Part shown: positions 52,780 through 64,000 of the stretch, piece by piece
Layout: the number at the start of each line of letters is the position of its first letter
Position numbering within the stretch: the first letter of the stretch is position 1
NCBI RefSeq assembly: GCF_006345805.1
Contig: NC_043025.1
Span: 10,044,001 to 10,108,000, forward strand
DNA: 64,000 bases
Direction: 5' to 3'
DNA from: Octopus sinensis
Lineage: Eukaryota
Notes under the pieces: model-generated
Told to the model about the DNA's origin: nothing
Databases searched by the model: none
The model's input: the letters and a program-made list of their open reading frames with translations, nothing else
Translations under genes and position numbers: made by a program

Positions 52780-53200
52780 AGGTACCCAATATACGCAGGG
52801 TATATAAGGCATCCAACACACTCAAGGTACCCAAAGCATGCAAGGTACCCTATGATATGCAAGATAGAAAGATACCCAAAGCACATAAGGTACTGAAGAT
52901 ACTCAAGGTATTCAAGAAACCCAAGGTACATAACGTACCCAAGGTACCCAAGAAACAGAAGGTACACAAGATACCCAAGGTACATAAGATATGTAAGGTT
53001 TACAAGGTAAACAAGGCAGGCAAGGTACCGAGGTTACACAAAATACTCAATGTACCCAAGATAGCCAAAGTACACACGTTGCTCAAGGTATCTAAGAAAT
53101 CCAAGGTACACAGGGCATGAAAAGGACCCAAGGTATGCGAGGTGCTCAAGGAATACAAATTAGTCAAGGCACGTGAGATACCCAAGGTACGCAAGGTACC
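52780..53200. repeat. Degenerate 9-bp (caaggtacc-like) tandem repeat in EMC6 intron 2
   Basis: aaggtac recurs at multiples of 9 nt and produces the KVP-periodic 122-aa ORF. Confidence 0.8.
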
Positions 53201-53327
53201 TGAAATGGTGGTATTTTAAAACTGGGTGACAGATTCCCTGCAACCATCATCAAGGATCCAGGTTGACCACACACACACACACACAGAGGCACACAAACAT
53301 ATGCAGAGCCTGCATGCTGGTACTTAC

Positions 53328-53488
53328 CGAAAGTAGTATGGCACTAATGAAATAGAAAATGAAGCCGTGTAGACTGGTCAGGCCCATGATGCCGGCAGTG
53401 GCTCCCCCAAGGGCCGACATCGAGGTACGACAGTAATCCATGATGGCAGCATTGTTTCTCACTGCAATTTCGCTGTACGCCACCGCAT
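53328..53488 (-). CDS. EMC6: EMC6 coding exon 2 ([54 protein letters not shown])
   Basis: Translation closely matches metazoan EMC6 (human: [42 protein letters not shown]). Acceptor ttcccctgacag, donor TCG|GTAAGT. 161 nt. Confidence 0.97.
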
Positions 53489-56400
53489 CTGTCAGGGGAA
53501 GAACATAGTCAGACGAAATTTATCAATTAAAATTAATTAATTTCATTGGGTTTTGAAATAACTGGACCCTGTGGCCATGCTGGGGCAGCAGACACACCAG
53601 CAACAACCACTCCTCACACAACCTTACTTGACACACCGATCGTCTCCTCTTTAATATATGCCACCCCCTACACAACACCCTCCTTCCACCAATATACCAT
53701 GACTAAGACTACCCTAGTACCCAACACAGCCACCCACAATATTGTTCCAACCCCTCAATGCAGTACCCAACATAACGGCCCTTACACATTGCCCAACACA
53801 TCACCTCGAACCACAACCCATCCCCACAGTACAGTACTCAATACAACTGCCCTCCCTCTTAACAAACCACCCAATACAGTGACCCTCAATATAGCACCCA
53901 ACATAACCTGTTCCTTCAAAACACCATCCCCAATATTGTAATCATCACAACCTGCCCTCTTGATATCCCCTCCAACACAGCCACTCTCAAATACCCAATA
54001 CAATCACCCTTACAAAATCCTTCCCCTCAACATACCACCCCTAATACAACCAACTTTTCCCTCAGTACACCACCCAAAACCCTCAATAAAGTACCTGATG
54101 CAACACTTCCTCTCTACACCCCCCTCCAATACCCAACACAATCGCCCTGACACACTGTCCCTAACAAAGCCCTTCCCCTCAACATACCACCCCTAATACA
54201 ATCTTCCCCTCAATACACTACCCAATACAACCTGCTCCTTCAAAACACCACCCTCAGTACTATACCTGACACAACCTGCCCTCTCGACACCTCCAACACA
54301 GCCACCCTCAATCACCCAACACAATCGGCCTTACACACTGTCCCTAACAAAGCCCTTCCCTTCAACATACCACTCCTAATACAACCAATCTTTCTCTCAG
54401 TACACCACCCAAAACCCTCAACACAGAACCCAATGCAACCGTCTACACTCAAGGTAACCTCAACTCAAAAAACCCCAGCAACAACAAACATCTCCCCCAC
54501 TTCAAACACACAAAATGAACAGAACACAGGCATGTGTTAGTAACAGGGCTGTGGAGTCGAAACAAAAAACTGACTCCGACTCCTCTACTATTGGCACCTC
54601 CGACTCTGACTCCTCTTTCTGTAATTAAGTAATTGTGGTCTACATGTCTCACACCTACCCTACAATCTCATTCTAAAAATAAACAATCACATCATTGAAA
54701 TCTCAAAGCTCTGAGATAATGCATGATTAATTCAAAACAAGGCTAGATCCAGCCTCTCACACCTACCCTACAATGCCATTCTAAATATAAACAATCACAT
54801 CATTGAACTCTCAAAGCTATGAGATAATGCATGATTAATTCAAAACAAGGCCAGATCCAGCCTCTCACACCTACCCTACAATGTCATTCTAAAAATAAAC
54901 AATCAAATCATTGAAATTTCAAAGCTATGAGATAATGCATGATTAATTCAAAACAAAGCCAGATCCAGCCTCTCACACTTACCATCTTTCCATCATGTTT
55001 GCCTTAACCTTTTTCATACCAACCCATCTGAGACAACCTCTGGTTCTGTGATACAAATGCCCTGTTTTAAAGTGATCTTCTTTAAAACCTACCACCTGAA
55101 TTTCATCTGAATTTATGTTCCAAATATCATTATTAATAATGGGTTATTTTAATAAATTCTTCCTTCTTTTCTAAATCATTTGAAACCAAAGATGATGTAT
55201 TTCAACAGAAATATCCGCATCATATTATTAAATTCCAGATCTTTCCATCATGTCTGTTTTAATCCTTTTGATGCGAACCTACCTGACTCTAATCCCTGGT
55301 TCTATTATACAAATTTCTTTCCTGTTTTAAAAGTGTTTTAAATTTAAACGTTCCACCAAAATTTCATTTATATCTATATTCAAAACACAAAATAAATAAT
55401 GTCAAAGTCGTGCTAGCGGGGTGCAAAGAGCACCATACGAGTGTGATCGTTTGACAGAGCGGCTAACCGGCTTCCGTGCCAGTGGCACTTAAAGGGCACC
55501 ATTCGAGCATGATCGTTACCAGCGTCACCTTACTGGCACTTGTACCCATGCTAGTAGGGTGCCAAGAGCACCATCCGAGCGTTATCATTGCCAGAGCAGG
55601 CAACTGGCTTCCGTGCTGGTGGGATGTAAAAGGGCACCATTCGAGCATGATCATTACCAACGTCGCCATACTGGCACCCGTGCCGGTGGCATGTGTAAAA
55701 GATTCGAGCGAGGTTGTTGCCAGTACCGCCTGACTGGCCCCGTGCCGGTGGCACGTAAAAAGCACCCACTACACTCACGGAGTGGTTGGCGTTAGGAAGG
55801 GCATCCAGCTGTAGAAACTCTGCCAGATCAAGATTGGAGCCTGGTGCAGCCATCTGGTTCACCAGTCCTCAGTCATACGTCCAACCCATGCTAGCATGGA
55901 AAGCAGACGTTAAACAATGATGATGATGATTCCAAACACAAAATAAATGTCAAAGTCATTTTACTAAATTCTTAATTATTTACAAAATTAATTAAAACAA
56001 AAACCAGTGTATTTCAACAGAAATACCCAAGTCAAATGGTTTAGTTTCCAGAACATTCCATCATGTTTTCATTAACCTTTTTTATATAAAATCACCCGAG
56101 ACACCCCTGGTTCTATGGTAGAAACTTTTCGGTTTTAGAATAATCTAAATTAGAACCCCCCCCCCATCAAATCTTTGTGTTAATTTATGTTCCAAACGCA
56201 ATCTAAATTATAATAAAATTATTTTAATTAAACTCTTAATTATTTACAAAATTAATTAAAACAAAAGCCAGTGTATTTCAACAGAAATACCCTAGTCAAA
56301 TGGTTTAGTTTCCAGAACATTCCATCATGTTTTCATTAACCATTTTAATACCAAATCACCCGAGACACCTCTGGTTCTATGGTATAAACTTTCTGTTTTA

Positions 56401-57488
56401 GAATGTTCTAAATTAGAACCCCCCCCCACCAATTTTTGTGTTAATTTATGTTCCAAACACAATCTAAATTATAATAAAATTGTTTTAATTAAACTCTTAA
56501 TTATTTTCAAAATTAACTGAGATGAAAGTATTAGTATTATTATTATTATTTGTACATATTGTAAAACCATGGTGCATACAACATGAAAAGAAGGTTAGAT
56601 TTTAAAAGAAATAAAGCTTTTTCTTTCAAATTAAATAAAATACACACAAAAAAAAAAAAACGTTCAAAAAGAATAAAATTTTAAAAACGTTAATAACACA
56701 TATTAATTTTGGTAGCAGGTCAAATAGTGAGAGCCAGAAGTGGATAGTCACACAAGGGGAAAAGTGATGGTGAGGGGATGAGGTAGGGGTGGTCACATGG
56801 AACACAACCGTCCATACCCTGTTTGTCAACAGTTATGTCTTTTGGCACCGGTTGAGGTTTGGGTTTATCAGCCTCAGAGTGGCCTGAAGGAGCAAAAAAA
56901 CAAAATAATTATAATAATGATGATGGTGATGACAAACATAATGATAACAATAATGGTTTCAAATTTTGGCACAAGGCCAGCAAAGTTCGGGGGGAGCGGG
57001 TAAGTCGATTACATCGACCTCAGTACGTAACCGGTATTTATTTTACTGACCCTGAAAGGATGAAGGGCAAAGTCAACCTAGGCAGCATTTGAACTCTCTC
57101 TCTTTACTCTGTTGTTTCAGTCATTTTGACTGCGGCCATGCTGGAGCACCGCCTTTAATCGAGCAACTCGACCCCGGGACATATTCTTTTGTAAGCCCAG
57201 TACTTATTCTATCGGTCTCTTTTGCCGAACCGCTAAGTAACAGGGACATAAACACACCAGCATCGGTTGTCAAGCAATGCTAGAGGGACAAACACAGACA
57301 CACACACACTCATATATATATACATATATACGACGGGCTTCTTTCAGTTTCCGTCTACCAAATCCACTCATAGGGCTTTGGTCGGCCCGAGGCTATAGTA
57401 GAAGACACTTGCCCAAGGTGCCACATAGTGGGACTGAACCCGGAACCATGTGGTTGGTAAACAAGCTACTTACCACACAGCCACTCAT

Positions 57489-57521
<33 letters not shown>

Positions 57522-58604
57522 GCCCTGATGCAGTACCAGGCAGTGGCTCTCATGGCTTCTGATTTTAACTGATTGGAAGTGTTATCATGTACATTGCTTT
57601 GTCTTGGTATAAAAGATGAGCTACAGCAAATATTCTGCTCAATACCACAGATTTGCTTGTCAACTGTTTTGGCCTCAACCAGTTAAGCATGTCCCTTAGT
57701 GGCTGATGATATGTGCATCTCTGATCACGAGCAGAAGTAGTGGGGGAGCATCATAGCCATGTGTTGAGAGGGATTCTTTGGGGTTTGAATAATTCACCTT
57801 TGGAAATGTGTTTCGTTCATCATCCTTAAACAACCCTTATTCAGGGCCCTTTTGAGTGGGATGGGCTACTCAGGGCCCCACCTGCAAGGTCATGTGCTGT
57901 TTACCTTGATATGAGATCACTGTGTCATGCACAAATGGTTATGAAGCAAGTGCCTGGTGTACCCTTATCAGACAGGTAGTCATGATGGGTATACTGGGCT
58001 TTGTATATTTGTACCCCAGTGTCACTTTGATGGCATGCTCTCTCACTCAATAATAATTATTATTATTATTATTATTTCTACTCCAGGTACAAGGCCTTAA
58101 AAATTTTTTGGGGAAAGGGGCTAGTTAATTACATCGACCCCAGTGAGTAACTGGTACTTATTTCATCAACCCCAAGATGGCAGAATTGTTAGCATGCTGG
58201 GCGAAATGCTTAGCGGTATTTCGTCTGCCATTATGTTCTGAGTTCAAATTCCGCCGAGGTCGACTTTGCCTTTTCATCCTTTTGGGATCGATAAATTAAG
58301 TACCAGTTACGCACTGGGGTCGATGTAATCGACTTAATCCGTTTGTCTGTCCTTGTTCGTCCCCTCTGTGTTTAGCCCCTTGTGGGTAATAAAGAAATAG
58401 GTATTTCGTCTGCCGTTACGTTCTGAGTTCAAATACAGCCGAGGTCGACTTTGCCTTTCATCCTTTCGGGGTCGATAAATTAAGTACCAGTTACGCACTG
58501 GGGTCGATATAATCGACTTAATCGCTTTGTCTGTCCTCGTTTGTCCCTTCTGTGTTTAGCCCCTTTGTGGGTAGTAAAGAAATAGGTATTTCATCTATCT
58601 ACAT

Positions 58605-58902
58605 CAGGGTTTCTCAATAAATTTTTATGGATCCCTCTGATTACTATTTTATCCTGGTGGACCCCCATAGCCATTCGATGGTTATAAGCTTGTTATATAG
58701 AATCTTCTTTCAAAATTCATATTTTGTTTTACACACATTGTAGGTTGAACTACGTAAAACAAAGAAACCTGACTGTTTCTTGCAATACATCTAAAGCTAA
58801 ATTTTTTCAAGGGCCCTTAAAATACAATTGTGGATACTCAATTCACTATTTTGTACCGTGGACTCTCCAAAATCTTATATGGACCCCAGCTGAGAACCTC
58901 TG
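58605..58902. mobile_element. hAT (Charlie-like) MITE
   Basis: Ends CAGGGTTTCTCAA and TGAGAACCTCTG. 8-bp TSD atctacat/atctatat. Its right part plus flank is duplicated twice more, to about 59520. Confidence 0.8.
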
Positions 58903-59729
58903 ATCTATATGGTCACTCGAGCAGCTAGAAGTAACAACCAAATCTTTCCCAAGATCCCAGCCTATCGTTTTAGTAAGAGTTATGGTCACGGTCGGGATAC
59001 ATTTGATCATAGACCAGCTAAATAGCCATTGATCTCGGGGCCCTTAAAATACTATTGGAGATACTCAATTTACTATTTTGTAGCGTGGACTCTCCAAAAT
59101 CTTATATGGACCCTATATGGTCACTCGAGCAGCTAGAAGTAACAGCCAAATCTTTCCCGAGATCCCAGTCTATCGTTATATTGAGAAGAGTTAAAAAGAA
59201 CAACATTAGTCCCAGAATTGTGTAAAAATATAATTAAAACAAATGAGATGGTCATGGTCGGAATATATTTGATCATAGACCAGCTAAATAACCATTGATC
59301 TCGGGGCCCTTAAAATACTATTGGGGATACTCAATTTACTATTTTGTAGCGTGGACTCTCCAAAATCTTATATGGACCCTATATAGTCACTCGAGCAGCT
59401 AGAAGTAACAGCCAAATCTTTCCCAAGATCCCAGAGTTATGTAAAAATATAATTAAAACAAATGAGATGGTCACGGTCGGAATATATTTGATCATAGACC
59501 AGCTAGATAGCCGTTGATCTCGGGCTAGACAACCGTAACAACATCAAGATGAACGGCGTGAAACTGACATCGGGGTGACGATGTACGTGAATATACGTAA
59601 TGTAGCTTCGTTTAAGACAATACTGGCGTTAAATATGGCCTTCTTGATATACCACATTGCGATGGGAACGATGTGGTCAATCACGGATTTATTTATGAAA
59701 AGAAAAAAGCCCTGAAACGGACGACATAC

Positions 59730-59775
59730 CTGGTCGCGATTTTCTGGTCTTCAGAGCAATTGTAGTAGTAGCCAT
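59730..59775 (-). CDS. EMC6: EMC6 coding exon 1 (MATTTIALKTRKSRP plus 1 nt)
   Basis: ATG in strong ACAACATGG context at 59773-59775. CAG|GTATGT donor. Phase 1 matches exon 2 (G|AT = Asp). Lies in a locally CpG-rich, mostly non-repetitive stretch. Confidence 0.85.
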
Positions 59776-60070
59776 GTTGTGTCGCTGTGTGAATGGGTGT
59801 AGGAAACGTCATGAAAGTGGGTGTACAGTAAGTAGTGACGTCGGAGAAAATTGTGTATTTACTCATTGCCTACTCAGTGTGTCTTTCGTTATTCAGCCCC
59901 AGCTCGACTCAGCTGAGTCCTTATTTAGAGAAACTGTTGGGCTTAATACGCTTGGAAAGACCTCATCCCGTCCCCTCCCCATTTTCTCGCAAATTATTGC
60001 TTTTCGTAAATTTTTTTTTCTGACAAAAATCCCACGTTTTCGGATACTGAGATTCCGGAAAATAGCAAAA
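59776..60070 (-). promoter_or_regulatory. EMC6 5' UTR and proximal promoter region with CRE/ATF-like sites
   Basis: Non-repetitive, CpG-containing sequence upstream of the ATG. TGACGTCG at 59836-59843 and a TGACGT half-site at 59806-59811. The transcription start cannot be placed from sequence. Confidence 0.45.
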
Positions 60071-60153
60071 AATCGGAATTTTGAAATTTTTTTGGCCCCT
60101 CACCCATTACCCCACCCGCCCCCAATTTCTTAATTTTTCACTTTTTTCCGTAG

Positions 60154-60284
60154 CCCTAACCCTAAAACCCCAACCCTAACCCTAAAATCCTAACCCTAAC
60201 CCTAAAACCCCAACCCTAACCCTAAAACCCTAACCCTAACCTTAAAACACTAACCCTAAAACCCTAATTCTAACCCTAACCTAA
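60154..60284. repeat. Interstitial telomere-like (CCCTAA)n array with CCCTAAAA variants
   Basis: About 20 CCCTAA/CCCCAA/CCCTAAAA units over 130 bp. Confidence 0.9.
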
Positions 60285-61493
60285 GTAGAACATTTTTTGG
60301 AAATTTGTTTAAGAATCATAATCTCTGTATTTTCCGACTATTTGGGGAAAAAAAATCTCGAAAAAGTTAAAAATGAAAAATTTAAGGAGGGTGGAGGATT
60401 TCAAAATGCTGATTTTTGCCAATTTTTTTGCAGATTCGTATTCTCTGTAGCCAAAACAGAGGTTTGTATAGAAAAAAAAATTAAATTTAAAAAAAGGGGT
60501 GTTTGGTGGGGGGAGGGAAAGGAAGTCTTGCAACACGCCGAGATCGACTTTGCCTTTCATCTTTTCGGGGTCGATAAATTGAGTACCAGTTACGCACTGG
60601 GGTCGATATAATCGACTTAATACCCATGTCTGTCCTTGTTTGTCCCCTCTATGTTTAATAAAGAAATAGGTATTTCGTCTGCCGCTACGTTCTGAGTTCA
60701 AATTCCGCCGAGGTCGACTTTGCCTTTCATCCTTTCGGGGTCGATAAATTAAGTACCAGTTACGCACTGGGATCGATATAACCGACTTAATCCGTTTGTC
60801 TGTCCTTGTTTGTCCTATCTGTGTTTAGCCCCTTGTGGGTAGTAAAGAAATAGGCATTTCGTCTGCCGCTACGTTCTGAGTTCAAATTCTACCGAGGTCG
60901 ACTTTGCCTTTCATCCTTCCGGGGTCGATAAATTAAGTACCAGTTACGCACTGGAGTCGATGTAATCGACTTAATCCCTTTATCTGTCCTTGTTTGTCCT
61001 CTTTATGTTTAGCCCCTTGTGGTCAATAAAGAAATAAGAAACTGAAAGAAGCCCACTGCGTGTGTGTGTGTTTGTCTATTACTACCGTTTGATAACGGAT
61101 GTTGTGTTTACATCCACCGTAACTTAGCGGTTCGGCTCAAGATACCGAAGGAATAAATACCAGGTTTACGAAAAATAAGTACTGGAGTCGAGTCATTCGA
61201 CCAAAAATCCTTCAAAACGATGCTTCGGCATGGTCGCAGTTTAACAACTGAAACAAGTAAAAGACACATACACACACACACACTGTGTATGTGTTTATCA
61301 CAAACTGCCCTTCATCACTTGAGTATCGACGCTGGTTTGTTTACGTCCACATATTTTATTGCTTAGCAATTCAATAAAGAAGAAAAAAAAACCGCCGGAT
61401 AAAATAACAAACTTTCAAAATTAAAAAAAATGTACTGTCTTCGAAAAGGCTGTGCTCCAGTATGACCACAACTCATTAACTATAACTAATAAA

Positions 61494-61898
61494 GGCAATC
61501 TTTCGTCTCTAGTAGACCTTTCCGTCGATTTCCGTAAAAATTTTTTTTTTTTTTTTACATATGGGCTTGCGGGAACTTTTGAAGTAATGAGAGCGAAAGA
61601 GACTAAGAGAAAGCAATTGTATGACGAGGGAAGTTCTTTTGAAGTTACCGTGCATGGAAAGCATTGATGTACATGTGTGTGTGTGTGTTTGATGGGGTGT
61701 GAGAGACAGACAGTATGTTGTGTAAGTGAAATGCTTCTGTTAGTGTGTGTGAAAGAAAGAGATAACTGAAATTTTTTACTCGGTGTATGTGTATATGTAT
61801 GTATATTACTTCAAAAGTTCCCGCAAGCCCATATGTAAAAAAAAAAAAAAAATTTTACGGAAATCGACGGAAAGGTATACTAGAGACGAAAGATCGCC
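61494..61898. mobile_element. 405-bp foldback MITE with ~95-bp TIRs and an 8-bp TSD (Merlin- or MULE-like)
   Basis: ggcaatctttcgtctctagta...ttttgaagtaat is mirrored by attacttcaaaa...tactagagacgaaagatcgcc. ctaataaa is duplicated at 61486-61493 and 61899-61906. Confidence 0.88.
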
Positions 61899-62866
61899 CT
61901 AATAAAATTACACAGATACACACATGTATGTGAATAAATGTATGTGTATATATGTATTCAAATTGAACAAATTTCCCTCTTTTCGAAAGACAAAAATAAT
62001 TTTCAAAAAAGCTGAAAATATCTTCCCAAAAGTTCGTACAACAAATATATATATATATATATATATTACACAGAAATATATATTGACATTCAACTATAAT
62101 TTCATGGCCTATATTATATAATAAATAACAACTATATTTATTAATTAAATAATTAGTATTTATTAATTCACTAATTAGATATATTTAATCACACCCACCT
62201 TCCCTCCATAGAAACATAATATAATAAAATTAAAGAAAAATAAAATAAAAATCATCAGTACAAGTTTCAAATATGGCTTAACGAAAACCTGTCACACCAA
62301 AAACTATCGTAAGTCGCTTAAATTTCAACCTTTACACTATATATTTCTGTTTAATTTTCACTGAATTTTGTTCGTCTGACATTTCATAAAGTTTTTCGTC
62401 GAAAAATATTTATTGTTTTCCATAAGAAACTTAGATATTTCTTCAATGTAATTACACACATCTGTGTATATATATACATGTATATGTGTGTATGCGAAGT
62501 TAGCAATGTAGTTTAGCAGACATCATGTCGTCTGCCTTTCACCTGGTGGTTGTATTCCAACATCAGCTTTGTACTTATTTTTTTTCGTTGTATATGTTAC
62601 TACACCTATTAATTCGAATTCCACACATACTCAGTATATATATATATATATGTGTATGTATGTATGTACATATATACATATAGTTAAAAATTGTACAAAA
62701 AAATGACAGACGCAGGTGAGGGAACATTATATTTATATTTTACATGTTTTTTTATATATATATATATATACACTCACGTGTGTGTATATATATATATATA
62801 ATGTATAATATATATACACACACACACTCACATGTGTGTATGTATATATTATATATACACACACAC

Positions 62867-62904
<38 letters not shown>

Positions 62905-62941
62905 GTGTGTATGTATATATATATATATACACACATGTGTG

Positions 62942-62972
<31 letters not shown>

Positions 62973-63038
62973 GTGTATGTTATATATATATACACACATG
63001 TGTGTATGTATATATTATATATAATAGATATATATATA

Positions 63039-63077
<39 letters not shown>

Positions 63078-64000
63078 TCACATGTGTATGTATGTATATA
63101 TATATATATATAATATATATATATATTGTCACGTCCTCTACTTTCTAATGGTTGTTCTTAGGTTACGAGTTCAAATCCATTTGGTTGATATACTGCTGAG
63201 GGACTGTTGTCAGTTCAGACAACCACCGATACCCGGGTAGCATTTCAATGTAAAGTCGACCTCGGCTGGACTTGAACTCGCCACCGTAAAAGGGGACATG
63301 CACCCACGTGTGTCTTTGTGGGTGCGTATGTGTGTATATACGTGTTCGGCATATGTATATAAAAGGCATATTTGCAGATTCATGCCCCACTGACATTCGT
63401 TTGCTTATAACTTTTTACAAACTCTATATTTTTTGATGAAATTTTACAGAGATATGTTTTCTAGGGTGTAGATTACAATTATGTTGTTAAAACTTCGAAA
63501 TAAGTCTTTGGAAAAGTTTCAGAACGTTCCTTTCTTTCCCACCCTTTCAACTTCAATACCACCAACTTCCATGTCTGTAGTATTTTTACTTTTTATTTTA
63601 TTTTTTTTTCTCTGAATTATGTGTCTTAAACATTGAATTACGTATTGTATACCTTCAGAAACGTATCTTTACGTAATTTCATGAAAAAAAAAAAAGGTAT
63701 TTTATTCAAATCGTGAGGAATCAAACTCGTTGGGGCCCCAAACAGTAGTTATGCACATAGGTTGAGCGCTTAAAATTTTCTAATTTTAACAACTACCGAT
63801 TTACCACCTCGGTTGCATATGATGTCACAGCGCTAAAGAGACATCACTTCTCTCTCTCTCCCCTCCCTCTCTCTGTGACTGTGTGAGAAGAAGTTTGTTT
63901 TCCAACCACATGGTTCCGAGTTCAATCCTACTGCGTGGCACCTTGGGCAAGTGTCACCCACAATAGCGTCGGGCCGACCAAAGCCTTGTGAGTGGATTTG

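Noticed and set aside
52752-53120. 122-aa Lys/Val/Pro-periodic ORF antisense in EMC6 intron 2
   Set aside because: Explained by a degenerate 9-bp tandem repeat. No recognisable domain or gene structure.

Overview
Repeat-saturated, AT-rich animal genomic DNA with one 100-N scaffold gap. The SINE families and microsatellite load resemble an octopus genome; that assignment is inference from remembered repeat sequences. The one host gene I can support is a complete minus-strand EMC6 (ER membrane protein complex subunit 6), rebuilt by hand from five coding exons: 59730-59775, 53328-53488, 51967-52059, 49924-49943 and 33620-33650 (351 nt, 116 aa, MATTTIALK...FLYGMVHVY). Its last two introns are both minor-spliceosome (U12-type) introns, with GTATCCTT donors and TCCTTAA branch points, and they flank a 20-nt microexon. 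Skipping that microexon would shift into a frame that stays open for 86 codons across the 3' UTR. The rest is tRNA-derived SINEs, RTE, CR1-like and Dong/R4 LINE fragments, Tc1/mariner, piggyBac, hAT and foldback DNA elements, tandem arrays built from transposon pieces, and microsatellites. Almost all ORFs in the supplied track are low-complexity or repeat artefacts. Repeat boundaries are approximate unless a TSD or TIR is quoted.
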